A DNA stretch of 64,000 nucleotides from Phoronis australis (taxonomy: Eukaryota; Animalia; Phoronida), in assembly GCA_002633005.1 (NCBI GenBank), contig NMRA01000726.1:39873-103872 (forward strand), read 5' to 3'. The notes below the pieces were generated by a model, which worked only from the letters and a program-made list of their open reading frames with translations, did not search any database and had not been told where the DNA came from. Made by a program: the position numbers and the translations under genes. The stretch's first letter is position 1. The number at the start of each line of letters is the position of its first letter. Of this stretch, positions 38,201-47,506 are shown in pieces.

Positions 38201-38393
38201 TCGACCCATACGAGGGACTGAAGTCAAACAATTCTAAGTGTTCAAATGAAACACAGCAGATTTTTTCATGATGTAGCCGTTTTTGGACTAATGAAAACAG
38301 GACGAGATCTACAAATTCTTTGCTGTGTTTAGTAGTAGTCTATGTAGAGGCTCTCTAATGTATCACTCACCCCGTCTCCACTCCCGCCGCCAT
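5026..38393 (-). CDS. NUP188: Nucleoporin NUP188, 39 coding exons, ~1763 aa counting one copy of the duplicated exons
   Basis: All exons are GT-AG and phase-compatible, total 5292 nt. Peptides follow vertebrate NUP188 throughout: STRDLWQFIAG, DYYFSERL, AQYIYHRHDPRLPTLA, PMSILACLGNEAQAVRD, IRLKVVILEFLAVTVDTQPGLIEVFLN, TLRYNFLEDALNFVGVHQER, PSFGT. Confidence 0.95.
6072..6201 (-). CDS. NUP188: NUP188 exon 38
   Basis: PLLLFTLETCLHLAMCQAVRYIKEP...KRELGAEL. Confidence 0.95.
6974..7038 (-). CDS. NUP188: NUP188 exon 37
   Basis: LTTASQSPLKWSKVTDADSLN; supplies the phase 0->2 link needed for exon 38. Confidence 0.75.
7367..7615. mobile_element. Inverted (head-to-head) dimer of tRNA-derived SINE arms, family B, copy 1
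   Basis: Perfect 15-bp inverted arms 7401-7415 / 7584-7598; B-box-like motif on each strand; A-box-like AGCTCAGTGG on the plus arm; homologous to 54635-54843. Confidence 0.55.
7905..8036 (-). CDS. NUP188: NUP188 exon 36
   Basis: SMDISEYDLLLEINFSTPALDTEGLPSFGTVL. Confidence 0.95.
8785..9000 (-). CDS. NUP188: NUP188 exon 35
   Basis: ...LTTLRRFSPDLCGILLDQ. Confidence 0.9.
9314..9388 (-). CDS. NUP188: NUP188 exon 34
   Basis: LSVSQLLQTSVATLIRPRLLDHILE. Confidence 0.85.
9406..9805. repeat. ~85-bp intronic tandem repeat, 4-5 copies
   Basis: Recurrent TAGACTAAAGACGTGTTACAACACATGAGCTTCTAATC...GTTGCAATG...TAGATAAAGT. Confidence 0.85.
10149..10286 (-). CDS. NUP188: NUP188 exon 33
   Basis: CLEQVKSV...FIVELSNYRREWRLHLPD. 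Confidence 0.9.
10776..10980 (-). mobile_element. tRNA-derived SINE, family A
   Basis: Minus strand GGAGGCAGTGCCACCTAGTGG...GGTTCAAATCCCACTGG; same head as the copies ending at 35656 and 46664. Confidence 0.65.
11039..11209 (-). CDS. NUP188: NUP188 exon 32
   Basis: WPSVYRSAIQLYTSMLATLRYNFLEDALNFVGVHQERMLM. Confidence 0.95.
11614..11790 (-). CDS. NUP188: NUP188 exon 31
   Basis: ARKGVHYVQSMFLLFITMSRSPEAAEAL...GLTQHVCLAL. Confidence 0.85.
12907..13038 (-). CDS. NUP188: NUP188 exon 30
   Basis: LQVACTSLVEELIVAIDSPLLWLPVV...LWIE. Confidence 0.85.
13328..13490. mobile_element. Probable end of a non-autonomous DNA transposon with subterminal GTTAACCGCCCA repeats
   Basis: TACCATAAA start followed by about 6 copies of a GTTAA(C/G)CGCCC-like motif; matching other end not found. 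Confidence 0.4.
14376..14518 (-). CDS. NUP188: NUP188 exon 29
   Basis: LGGDLMTRIFPIACSVLQQ...NVKLK. Confidence 0.85.
14933..15087 (-). CDS. NUP188: NUP188 exon 28
   Basis: HVTSWSERLNQLANILRL...KEKVQ. Confidence 0.85.
15433..15518 (-). CDS. NUP188: NUP188 exon 27
   Basis: FQSSTNMLQVKLSAIASEFYFTLLKYWK. Confidence 0.85.
16012..16215 (-). CDS. NUP188: NUP188 exon 26
   Basis: FIRQIVEHEG...LLIGWKQLII...GIQAQ. Confidence 0.85.
16554..16706 (-). CDS. NUP188: NUP188 exon 25
   Basis: SSLSYEIRARAHVFKILALEI...EALSK. Confidence 0.9.
17496..17568 (-). CDS. NUP188: NUP188 exon 24
   Basis: DTFWKCVMACLNRDLPATYDEKDQ. Confidence 0.85.
17818..18069. mobile_element. MITE-like element
   Basis: Inverted ends GTGCACGCACCCAG / CTGGGTGCGCGCAT, internal G and C runs. 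Confidence 0.5.
18232..18401 (-). CDS. NUP188: NUP188 exon 23
   Basis: SIGQISCLQSTLDLI...CPPSLLNSALEFVHALW. Confidence 0.9.
18813..18923 (-). CDS. NUP188: NUP188 exon 22
   Basis: DIRLKVVILEFLAVTVDTQPGLIEVFLN. Confidence 0.95.
19113..19202 (-). CDS. NUP188: NUP188 exon 21
   Basis: ISPMSILACLGNEAQAVRDTYLARLQAYSE. Confidence 0.95.
20034..20277 (-). CDS. NUP188: NUP188 exon 20
   Basis: LIRLAFSVLNRLLLLRPP...AQYIYHRHDPRLPTLATLLLKRLSM. Confidence 0.95.
20578..20791 (-). CDS. NUP188: NUP188 exon 19 (copy A)
   Basis: Near-identical to 23687-23900. Confidence 0.85.
21125..21245 (-). CDS. NUP188: NUP188 exon 18 (copy A)
   Basis: Matches 24237-24357. Confidence 0.8.
21782..21896 (-). CDS. NUP188: NUP188 exon 17 (copy A)
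   Basis: Near-identical to 24894-25008. Confidence 0.8.
23255..23422 (-). CDS. NUP188: NUP188 exon 16 (duplicate copy A)
   Basis: Near-identical to 25527-25694; one I/T difference. Confidence 0.75.
23687..23900 (-). CDS. NUP188: NUP188 exon 19 (copy B)
   Basis: QKCLEIFHKVL...LLYTEAGRTLLDIVGMG. Confidence 0.8.
24237..24357 (-). CDS. NUP188: NUP188 exon 18 (copy B)
   Basis: LMACTLFVLREIFPMFRKWRY. Confidence 0.8.
24894..25008 (-). CDS. NUP188: NUP188 exon 17 (copy B)
   Basis: GSSLHAGNFGLILAGYECTSATYGVTESFL. Confidence 0.8.
25527..25694 (-). CDS. NUP188: NUP188 exon 16 (duplicate copy B)
   Basis: FSVVSSPPLELLSACLDVIGCL...RQTGLLPY. Confidence 0.85.
26081..26312 (-). CDS. NUP188: NUP188 exon 15
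   Basis: KPPLIKWEGQFNGWDLFHGEI...FSLVQR. Confidence 0.9.
26985..27165 (-). CDS. NUP188: NUP188 exon 14
   Basis: LTALLQQLPSYLEFL...IPNGTFGELHHIP. Confidence 0.9.
27555..27677 (-). CDS. NUP188: NUP188 exon 13
   Basis: GTQDGLSLLLHSSIAQFPLDFHPLLKL...CKK. Confidence 0.9.
28483..28638 (-). CDS. NUP188: NUP188 exon 12
   Basis: AVAVVARSVVNGCLGVMLNTF...EFLDK. Confidence 0.9.
29269..29475 (-). CDS. NUP188: NUP188 exon 11
   Basis: KLDTTLCSLGDSVAHGAVTMLWAVVRH...GKT. Confidence 0.9.
29697..29811 (-). CDS. NUP188: NUP188 exon 10
   Basis: YYQTLILIEGTDIEFLHRC...NFR. Confidence 0.9.
30291..30367 (-). CDS. NUP188: NUP188 exon 9
   Basis: KQAFGHHQSYRHLLDDGAETLIQRI. Confidence 0.9.
31408..31542 (-). CDS. 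NUP188: NUP188 exon 8
   Basis: NERQQQIWVRQNLKEQCELLELILLYY...FK. Confidence 0.9.
32039..32107 (-). CDS. NUP188: NUP188 exon 7
   Basis: IVIQYDQVCHTPCPTWQTHGALM. Confidence 0.9.
32914..33049. repeat. 22-bp minisatellite with palindromic unit, 5 copies plus one degenerate
   Basis: CAACATGAACAGTTCATGTCCT units at 32936, 32958, 32980, 33002, 33024. Confidence 0.85.
33054..33110 (-). CDS. NUP188: NUP188 exon 6
   Basis: KEYEAFFDSANTDNELINN. Confidence 0.8.
33759..33896 (-). CDS. NUP188: NUP188 exon 5
   Basis: SVLTDDRQSQA...DYYFSERLYIIRCLK...HPYQ. Confidence 0.9.
34599..34679 (-). CDS. NUP188: NUP188 exon 4
   Basis: ILDETVTYNLFCSYLLHCYRGCQQNIK. Confidence 0.9.
35231..35386 (-). CDS. NUP188: NUP188 exon 3
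   Basis: ELVGQELTNNKTRLAKGLLLYKK...KLSKFL. Confidence 0.9.
35455..35656 (-). mobile_element. tRNA-derived SINE, family A
   Basis: Minus strand GGAGGCAGTGCCACCTAGCGG...GGTTTGAGTCCCAC...CTCCTCAGCTCAGTTTTAAC. Confidence 0.65.
36145..36187. repeat. (ATCATAAAT)n 9-bp repeat
   Basis: About 5 tandem units. Confidence 0.8.
36468..36522 (-). CDS. NUP188: NUP188 exon 2
   Basis: STRDLWQFIAGSSVLRPK. Confidence 0.85.
37566..37714. mobile_element. Palindromic MITE-like element, copy 2
   Basis: Homologous over its length to 2268-2427 (AAAAGCAAGACTTCGCGAGATTACG core). Confidence 0.65.
38371..38393 (-). CDS. NUP188: NUP188 exon 1
   Basis: ATG GCG GCG GGA GTG GAG ACG GG|gtgagt (MAAGVETG). Confidence 0.75.
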
Positions 38394-38850
38394 ACTTGAA
38401 CCGGTTACCGTTTATCTGGAGTCACGCCTGCATTATATTGCCTCATTGCCGTTACAGTAGCACAAAATGTAGACTTTTAGTACTAAGGTGGCTGAAAAAT
38501 ATTGCAACCATAAAATATATGACATTTGTGTTGTTTTAAAATAGCTGAATTATATTTCCACTGAAATTTGCTGACAGTTCCACAGCTTATTTTTAGCTGG
38601 GTTGTTGTATTATATGAGGGGGTGATTTTTTCGTTGCATGCATTAATTTTATGGTTTAAATAGTCTAAAGATAATTCCAAAATACTTTTGTGGTTTATAT
38701 GATTTTATATACTCACTTCACTACTAAAGATGACGTAAAAGTGATAAAACAAACCCGCATGAAATGTTCAATAGACCGAAAACCCCCACATTGTATCACA
38801 CAAATGACCTTTCACCCTACATTCGTCCAGGTGACCCAAAGTATACAAGA
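38394..38850. promoter_or_regulatory. Bidirectional promoter region, NUP188/GCLM
   Basis: Divergent start codons separated by 457 bp; CRE/ATF-like TGACGTAA near 38731. Confidence 0.65.
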
Positions 38851-38964
38851 ATGGCCGACGAGGTTCCCGTGTTTCCAAAGGCCGGATCTGTTTTGTTCCA
38901 TTCTGGCAATATCGTTAATTGGAATAGGCTGAAAAAGAAGCCTTTACAAAAAACACAAGATGAG
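38851..38964 (+). CDS. GCLM: GCLM exon 1
   Basis: MADEVPVFPKAGSVLFHSGNIVNWNRLKKKPLQKTQDE|gtaatg. Confidence 0.9.
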
Positions 38965-41900
38965 GTAATGTGCTGTGCGTAATTCTCAAACTGGCAAGTG
39001 CGATTTCGGGGTGAACCTCGTGAAGATGACTTGCTAATTTTTTGTTTACAATTTGAGTTGCGGCTAAGTCACCGCTTGCATTGTGAGTCGATATCTTTCA
39101 CGTAGTTTGTCAATGAAATAATGTTGGACGTGGCAAAAGTCACGGCTAATGTTTACGCTGTGTTTTTGTGTTATGGTCACCTTTTCAGCTTCTTGAAGTT
39201 CTCATCATTTGGCGCAGTTTATGGCAAGACTGAATTTGAACTAGTGTTGGCCCCTAGGCCTAGAACTGACCATGCTGCGTGACATGCAGTTTTCTTTTCA
39301 GTAGTCAAAAATGCTTACTGAAGATTACTTGCCAGCAGTTGTGACATTTGTCTGACATATCAGTCTGTATCAGAATCCTTTGCAAAAATGATGTACCTGA
39401 AACTGTTTTTACTCCGAACGTTGACATATTTACCTTTTTCCTTTCTGAACATAGATCAACATGCACATGTTTTACCAGTTTTCACTCTGAACATTGGGCA
39501 TGATTTACTTGTTTTTTACTTTGAAAATACGTGCAGTAGTGGAACAGCTGCTATCTCTGAAAACTTCAAATCACTGAGCCTCTCAGTATTGTACGCTCGC
39601 GTTGTTTACGGTTATTTGATATCCCTGATTTTCACGCAGTTTGTCAAATTGCAAGGGTTTTTTTCCCACGCACTTTATACCAGTTCATACTTGTGCTTAA
39701 ACTCGATTGTACCGATTTCAGTCACCACTAATTTTCCAGGATTATTTTTCTTGCCAATTCACATTCGAGACAAAACTGCACTCTACCCCCCATAAACCTT
39801 GTAGTTGAGACCTCTTAATTTCGGATGACAGCCGTAATTTCTTGTTCTAAAGTTTTTGCAACAATCTCCGAGATGTGTGGAATTTATGGAAAAATTCTTT
39901 TATGGAGCCGGGTGTAAAACATTTTGGCGAAACTCTGTGCTTTTTCATTTTTGAAGTGCTAAAATAAGTAAGTTATTAGCATTATAATCCTATTTTGTTT
40001 TTTTCCATGGCAAAAGTAGCAATCCATTTACCTGTTGTTAAAACTGCATTTTTACATTAAGTAAAGCCAAATAATGAAATCTGTTGAAGGAGCAGCTCTG
40101 ACTGTCCTAGGGCAAATACATGTAGTAATATTCTGATACAGACAACTATCTGTTAGTTAGCTTGGTTTGTTGAAGCCATACAAGTAGATACAAAGAGTAC
40201 TGTGTGTGTGTGTCTAACCTTACCCTACGTTAGTCATGGCTAAAGCCTCTGATGCTGTTCAAGGTTTTTGTAATTTCAGTTAAACATTCAATGAAATATA
40301 AAAAATTTGAGATCCTATTTCTTCTTGCTTAAAACAGTAACATTATGTCCTCAAAATTTTAAGTTTAAGGCTTTTATGAATTAGGACTGAGTTGTTTACA
40401 ACTGTTTGGGAAAGTCACGCTTAATCAGGCAGCGCTAACTCATCGGATTAGTCTTGAACACAGGTGTTGGAGCTCAAGGCTTTTGATGTGGTGACACACT
40501 CCTTTCCTGGGATTTTGGAGTAAAAATTGAAGCGATTCTTATAGAAATGATGAACTGAAGAATTTTACTAATTGGGTTATCATTTTCAATAGACAGATGC
40601 AATTTGTTAAGTATAAAATTCCTCCGCTTAAAAGGATCACTGACGAGCTGTGCTACATGAATTTCAAAAATACAGTTTTGTATTGGGACCTACAATGAGG
40701 CTCCATCCATAATTTTCAACAAAACTGCGTAATTTCAGTGATTGTCATTCTTCCTTTCAAATGCTTACTTAATATAGTGCCACCTGGTGGTACAAATAAT
40801 TCAATGTTTACTAGTATAGTCTGCCATGATGAAGACAAGTTCTCATCGGGATTGTTTTGCCAAGAAATTTACGAAACGGAATTCCGCTTATTTCCATAAT
40901 ACTAGGCCAATTAGAATCACCGCATTACATAACCATACAACATGCCCGCTTCTGACGTCAGTATTCAAATTTTCACCAAAGCCCCATTCAGCGCCATCTT
41001 TGAACAACACTGTTGTATTGCGGAGCTCTTTTCTTGTTTTTTTCTAAATTCCAATTAGCATTGCTGATTTTTTATTGATTTTTACAGGGGAGTACAAAAA
41101 CAGGAGCTCTAGCCTCCCATGAGGCCTTGACAAACACACAAACACTTGAATACATTAACATAATAATAAACTAGAAGAGGAACATTAAAAGTAGGTTAAA
41201 TAGTCTGGATAAAAGCGATTTAGAAGGGAGACAACAGATGTCGCTATGGTTGATGGCTTAAACAGGAAGAAACACTGTTATTGACATGTTGATGTGTGCC
41301 TGATTTTAGCTTGTCCTAATTAGCTTTGTGTGGGTCGTGGGTAAAATTATTCGTGATATGTTTGCAGTTGTCGGAGAGCATAACGAACACCCTGAATGCG
41401 TGGCTGACAGACATTGACAAGAATGTAATACAGTACGCCACTGAACTGGAATGTGCCAATGCCAAGTTTGTGGAGACTTTGCCTAACACTGAGCTGGACA
41501 AATTGAAAGTGACTGGTAATTCTTGACTTTATAATTTAACAAGTTACCATAGCAACAACATGATTTGGTAATCTGGGTGTTTTTTTAGCTATGTTGCAGT
41601 AAAATATCTTATTCATATTAAGGGATGTAGGCGGTAGATCTTGCGCGAAGATAATTAGTGCAAAGCCCCCTATGTTAATGCAGGGAGCCATACTCGAAAA
41701 TGACTAAAGATTTGGTTGTCTGTTTGACTATAGAGTATCCCTGCTCTTCAGTCACCTTTGGGGGGACCAAGTTAATATAAGGGGACCTTCTAAATGGTAA
41801 AGGGTCTCCAATTTTGGGACCGAAATTGACTTTTCTCCCTAAGTCATTGAAAACAATAAACCCATTTTTGTACCGGGAGTAATTATTAAAATTGATTTTT

Positions 41901-44900
41901 CTCAATTTTGGAGGTTACTGACATTTTTTCGTGAATGCCCACAATTATTCAAAACATTGTCTGATACTAGCCATCATACAGAACTTTATAATATTTTTTA
42001 TGAAAAAATGGGATACTCAAGTTTGATCTGTCGGCCATATTACATCCTGAGTTGATGAGAGGTTACCGTTATGCTTCTCCTTCAAACATGTCTTGACATA
42101 ATTCAGATGATCTGCAGATATAGAGTACTAAATTAAATCTGTTTCGAATGTGTTTCATTTTTAGCTAAGGTGTTCCTGACCAAGTGTGATCCAGATATTG
42201 TGGATGAAGCTATCAGTACAGGTGAGAATTAAGTGGTCATCAAAGGTGTGAATTAAGTCGTTAATAAAGAGGCCCATTGCAAGAAAACTGACTTAGCTAA
42301 GGACAAATCTTAAATTTCAGTCAATTGTAAGATAGAAGTTAAATTTTTCTCAAGCCCGTTTCAAGAAAGACATCCTAAGTATGACCTAAGTTCTTTACTT
42401 AAAGTTTTGTCTTAATTTTAACTTACCAGATGTTTCAGTTTCAAAGTTTGGAAGTTGAGAAAAATTTTAAGACTTAAGTCAAAAATTAACTTAAATCAGT
42501 TTCTTGGAAGGTGCTCAACAATGTGTTCAACTCTTTGAGAAAATTAAAAAAGTGAGTGATAAATATTCACTGTTATCTCTGTAACCATTACGTTAAACAA
42601 GACCCTCGGTGCTTCGATTTTGGGGGCAGTTCCTGGTTCCATTCCCCTCTGAAAAAACATTTTAAAGTAACGCGAAATTCATCTCAGCAGGCCCAACAAT
42701 TGCCTTCCAATGCTCAAAGCATTCCAGTGAAATTTAATTCACAAAAACCTCGAACTGATGACAAACAAGGGTATTTTCCCTTCATTCTAGGAAATACCCC
42801 AGCTAAGAAGGCAGAACACTTTTTCCCTCAGGATAGCAATGTCTCTGTTAAGTCATAAATGTGTTGATATTCACTGTTATCTAGTAACTATCATTACGTA
42901 AAGTCATAAACATATCAATGTTCACTGTTATCTCTAATAATCATCATTGTATAAAGTCATAAACACATTGATATTCGTAGTCTGTAATCATCATTACATG
43001 AAGTCATAAATGTATTGAGATTGATAGTCACAATTGGAGCTGCTATGATTCCAGCCCTCACCAAATACGATACATAACTTCCAGTACACACATTGTATCA
43101 TAAGGCTCATACTGAACCATTCCGGTTGACTGTGAACGTTTTTTACTGTAGAAACACGTCTCAATTAAATGAGTTTGACTTCATGGCAATAGCCACTTAT
43201 TGGTCTCCTGGATTTTGAGAACCAGTCTGCCTACCACAAACCTTACAAAATTCCCCGGCATGTAATAATTATGTTCCAGTGTAATGATGGTCCATCGATT
43301 GTTATGCATAGAAATGAGCTGTTAGTCTCACTGCTATGCTAAGGCGCAACATATATCACCTGACATTAGATGCTACATCTTATTTCCCAACCTCAGTGCT
43401 TCTTACAATAGGCACTTCCCGCAGCTCCGGGACTTTTATAACCGGCTTCTTTTGTTTGAGGATTAGAAAACAGAGATGGGTGACAGTGGAAACTGCCGCC
43501 TGTTTGAAAACCAAACTTTCTCTGTCATCACTTGTGTGGAAGCATTGGTTAACACAAGCATTGCAACTGCTGCTCATTTGTCGATATGTCATGACCTCTA
43601 GTGTGAAACATGCCCAAGCAGAACAATACCTGACAACATAGTGCTTACCTAAGGGTGATCTTGATACCCCTAAAGAATGCAGTGAGTTTTGAATGCTGGA
43701 TTATGTCATGTGAACTCCATTGGTTTTCTTCAGACACCAGGTATCGGTAATTTTTTAAGTGGCATGCAACCAATTACTTAAGTTTTGCTCTTTTTCTTAA
43801 GCGTGTAAAGTGCTCGGTGATCTGCCACAGTTGGACAGCGTGCTTGTCTCATTTCCCGACGATGTGACCTTGCTGACCCTGGATGACCTACGACCTGTCT
43901 GGGAGAGACTGGAGCAGCTGGTTGAGGAACGCAAAGTGCTCAGTTTGGGAGTGTGTGACCTGAGCACAACTCAGCTGGAGGAATTGCATAACTGGGCTAA
44001 GGTATGAGGTCACATGGCTAACTTATTAGACTAACGGTTCAGGCTCATTTTAAGAATGCAAATCCCCTGTTACCACAGAGATATATTCCAATGGTAAGGT
44101 TAATATGTACCTTAGAAAAATTCAAATTAGGATAACATGTTTCAGACTGTTGTATCTAAGAAATGGTAGATTTGATTTAAATGGAACTCATTCACTATGC
44201 TTTATGTGCTGTGAAAAAACAGGACTTCCATGATTTTTATGTTAAACTCAAAAGCTGTACAAAACAAAAATGAAATAGCAAATTAGAAAACTGTAACGCC
44301 ATTTTGAGAGTTCATCTTGAACATTAATATCAAACAGAATTTGGTTAATATTTTGGCTGCCACGGTAACAGTTTTTGCTTTGAATGCACTGGTGCTTTTC
44401 AATAAATTTTACTGAAACATATTTGTGCGCCTTTATCTTTATCAAAATGAAATAAAGTCAAAAATCAAATTCTACTGGTTTTTGGCCTTTCAAAAAATAT
44501 GTTTTCCCCGATATAGTTTTTTCCTGTGAATGTAGTTTTCTTTTAAATTTTACTGAAACATATTTGTGTGACATTATCTGTACCTAAGTGAAATGAAGTC
44601 AAAAATCAAATTCTACTGGGTTTTGCTCTTTCAGAAAATATTTGAGTAATTTTAGTAGATATTCGACTGCATACATGGACTTGTCGTTGTGGTCCAACAT
44701 AAACTTAAGCACTCTGCGTGGTTGAAGCATGTTGTCATTTTTTGTCTCAGATTTTATGTTTACTCATCTCTGTTTCTGGAGTTACCTCAGTGCAAATGTA
44801 CTCATTTAAGGTTATCTCCAGCCTTATTCACATAAATTGGCCATTTTTACAATTATATTTCACTTGTGTCTAGCAAAATACCTTATCTTCATTCTCGGGT

Positions 44901-46964
44901 AACGAGAAAAAAAAGATTTAGCAGAACCACCTTGGAACCGCACAACCGTGTGGATATTTGTTTACCACTTATCCAAGGTCAAAGGTTAAAGGGCTTTCAA
45001 TTAATTCGAATCTCCCGCCAGGTACAGAACAGTTTCGTATACCCTCAGTCCTTTCATTCACAAAGTCACCATATCATTAAGCCAACGAGGTGTACTTATG
45101 ATAGAATGGTGCCGGGGAAACAATGAAAAAACGTAGTTTTGATCCTATTAAGGGAGTTGTGCCTCTACATGCATACAACCATTGGCGTTGAAAACGAATG
45201 CTACGAGTCGCCTCAGGCCTCTGTGGTCATGAACTCAGAAAGTTGTGAAAAGATAAATTCTCACCCTAATTCTTTAATTCAATTAATAAGTTGACATTTT
45301 GATGTTTCGATCTCATGCTAACGACATACTTTAACCACCCATTCGATTTTTGTAATCCATTTCTTACTTGGTTTCGTATCAGTCTCCCAGCACGTGACGT
45401 GTACAGGCTATGGACCCTGACCTATTTAGAAAGTAGGGTGCAAACAACAGTAAAAGTTGGCTGGGAACAATATGTATATTTGAGGTTTTAATGATAATTA
45501 AGATAGTTACGCACTGCAAAATCAGGTGACGTTGGGAGTGAACGTTGAAGTAGCTAACATAGGGTATATTTTCCCTGTGGGAGAGAAAAAGGACGAAACC
45601 CCCAAATTCGCAAAATACCCAATTGATTTACATAAAGTCTTGTGCCTGTGCTGCAACTCGTTACATTGTGTCAAAACAGTGTTGGCTTGATAATCATAAA
45701 ATTGGTGTTTAATTCACCGTGTATTTTTTTCTAAGAATCTTCATTTGGTGAGACTATTCATGCTTTTTGGATGAATTAGATAAATTCTCAACAAACTTTA
45801 AATTTTCTTTCATTGCATTTTAATTTAAAAATTCATGGAATGTGGTTAACGAGTTGTTCCACGTGCCACTCTACCAAACAACAGGTAATTTTGACCAATC
45901 CACACTGATTCACCTATTGCAAGCTCCGCCCCCTTGCGTAATGTCGACTAACAAACAATAAGTTTTACCCGGCAACGTGTTGTTTGTCGGGTAAAATGGC
46001 GGCTTGAAAACGAAGGTGTGTCAAGAATGATGAGTTCTAGATGGTCAGTTAAGGTGTCACTCAAAATCCTGGCATTGGTCACTTCAATTAATTCCCAGTT
46101 CCGCGTGTTATGGTGTGGACAGCAGGGATGGCTGTTATTGATAGATCTGCCTGTACTCTCCACGCTATAGGCTCTATATGTCGACTTCTGCACCTAATAT
46201 ATTTCCCATTATAATAGTCAAAATGTCCCTAAATATTTGCTGATATTTGTGTAGAGGAGAATCTCATGCGCGTGACGTGATGTGTGCGGTTTCTTTCAGG
46301 AAAAGCCTGCCACCAACCAGGTAAACTTGGCCTCATGCTGCGTCATGCCAGAGGAAATGGTTGAATTTGCTAAAGCAAATGATATACAGCTTCTGACCCA
46401 CAATGACCCCAAGGGTAGGTCATATAATAAAAGTGATTGCAGGCGGTCTGATACACATTGTACCAGACGTGCGCAGGCCTCGCATGTGGGCCCATTGCAC
46501 TGATCACCTGGAAATAGTTTTTATGCTTTATTAATATGTGGTTAAAACCGAGCTGAGGAGCAAGAAACCTAGCTCAAGGGTTTAGCAGTGTGACCTGGTG
46601 GGACTCAAACCCACGACCACGAGTAATGAAAGCGGGCACTTATCAAACAGGCCACACTGCCTCCTCTGTGGGTAAGTAATGTTGGCGAGAAGAGTGCATT
46701 GAATTCTGGGAAAAGTTTTCAAAATATCTTCTCACTGTCTCTTCTGACTGTTAAGTGGAGCTCTTTCGGATTTCTATCAAGATGGCTATTGCACAGATGT
46801 CAGATTAATTTCTCATCGTGATACTGGAGAAACACTTTTCGACACTTAAATTTTAAGGTTTTGAGTCGAAGTCCCTCAAGGTCACACTGCTAGATTCTTT
46901 GAACAGTAAGGTTTATTTTTTGCATGAGGTTACTTTGCTGTTGTTCTCATTATTACTAAGTGTG

Positions 46965-47000
<36 letters not shown>

Positions 47001-47216
47001 TCCTTATTCTAATTCGGATGATTCTTATGATTTTCAGAGATGATCTCTAACGAAGCTTTCCAGTCAATACTTAGCTTATCTGCTTCACAGAGAGATGGTC
47101 TCAACTGGGAAGTTTCTTGGATTGTCCGTTACTCCGCCCTTGTTAAATGTCGTGGGATCATCAAGACGAAGGGTTATCTGTGTAAAGCGTTGAGAGACAT
47201 TAAAGTGCGACCTTAA
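38851..47216 (+). CDS. GCLM: Glutamate-cysteine ligase modifier subunit, 6 exons, 270 aa
   Basis: Exons 38851-38964, 41368-41515, 42165-42221, 43802-44001, 46300-46414, 47038-47216. Motifs HSGNIVNWNRLKKK, QLDSVLVS, NQVNLASCCVMP, DIQLLTHNDPK, RYSALVKCRGIIKTKGY match GCLM. Confidence 0.95.
41368..41515 (+). CDS. GCLM: GCLM exon 2
   Basis: LSESITNTLNAW...LECANAK...LKVT. Confidence 0.9.
42165..42221 (+). CDS. GCLM: GCLM exon 3
   Basis: AKVFLTKCDPDIVDEAIST. Confidence 0.85.
42270..42512. mobile_element. Palindromic MITE-like element
   Basis: Imperfect inverted ends CAAGAAAACTGACTTAG / CTTAAATCAGTTTCTTGG with internal CTTAAG repeats; similar architecture at ~55180-55405. Confidence 0.4.
43802..44001 (+). 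CDS. GCLM: GCLM exon 4
   Basis: CKVLGDLPQLDSVLVSFP...LGVCDLSTTQLEELHNWAK. Confidence 0.95.
46300..46414 (+). CDS. GCLM: GCLM exon 5
   Basis: EKPATNQVNLASCCVMPEEMVEFAKANDIQLLTHNDPK. Confidence 0.95.
46436..46664 (-). mobile_element. tRNA-derived SINE, family A
   Basis: Minus strand GGAGGCAGTGTGGCC...GGGTTTGAGTCCCACC...CTCCTCAGCTCGGTTTTAAC. Confidence 0.65.
46965..47000. repeat. (ATT)n microsatellite
   Basis: Tandem ATT run just upstream of GCLM exon 6. Confidence 0.9.
47038..47216 (+). CDS. GCLM: GCLM exon 6
   Basis: MISNEAFQ...WIVRYSALVKCRGIIKTKGYLCKALRDIKVRP then TAA. Confidence 0.95.
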
Positions 47217-47347
47217 GGTCAAAGAGTGCATGAACGATCGACCAGACTAAATGCTATTCGCGAACAACATGAGTGGAGTTTTGATACAACAATATATAAG
47301 AACCATTAATGTCTGCATAATTATAGGGAAGTTATTTTTTGGGAAGT

Positions 47348-47506
47348 CCTGGGTGGATCCAGGATTTTTAAAGGGGAGTTCGGATTAAGGATTTTTTTTA
47401 AAAACGGGGTCCAAGTCAACAATTTGAAAATTCTAGATTTGCTATAATTAAAATCAAAGGAAAAATGGGGTTCCGGACCCCCTTGACACCCCTGGATCCG
47501 CCTATG
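47348..47506. mobile_element. MITE-like element in the GCLM 3'UTR region
   Basis: Inverted ends GGTGGATCCAGG / CCTGGATCCGCC. Confidence 0.55.

Noticed and set aside
5026-38393. Minor-spliceosome (U12) introns in NUP188
   Set aside because: None of the inferred donors has the RTATCCTT signature; all are ordinary GT-AG
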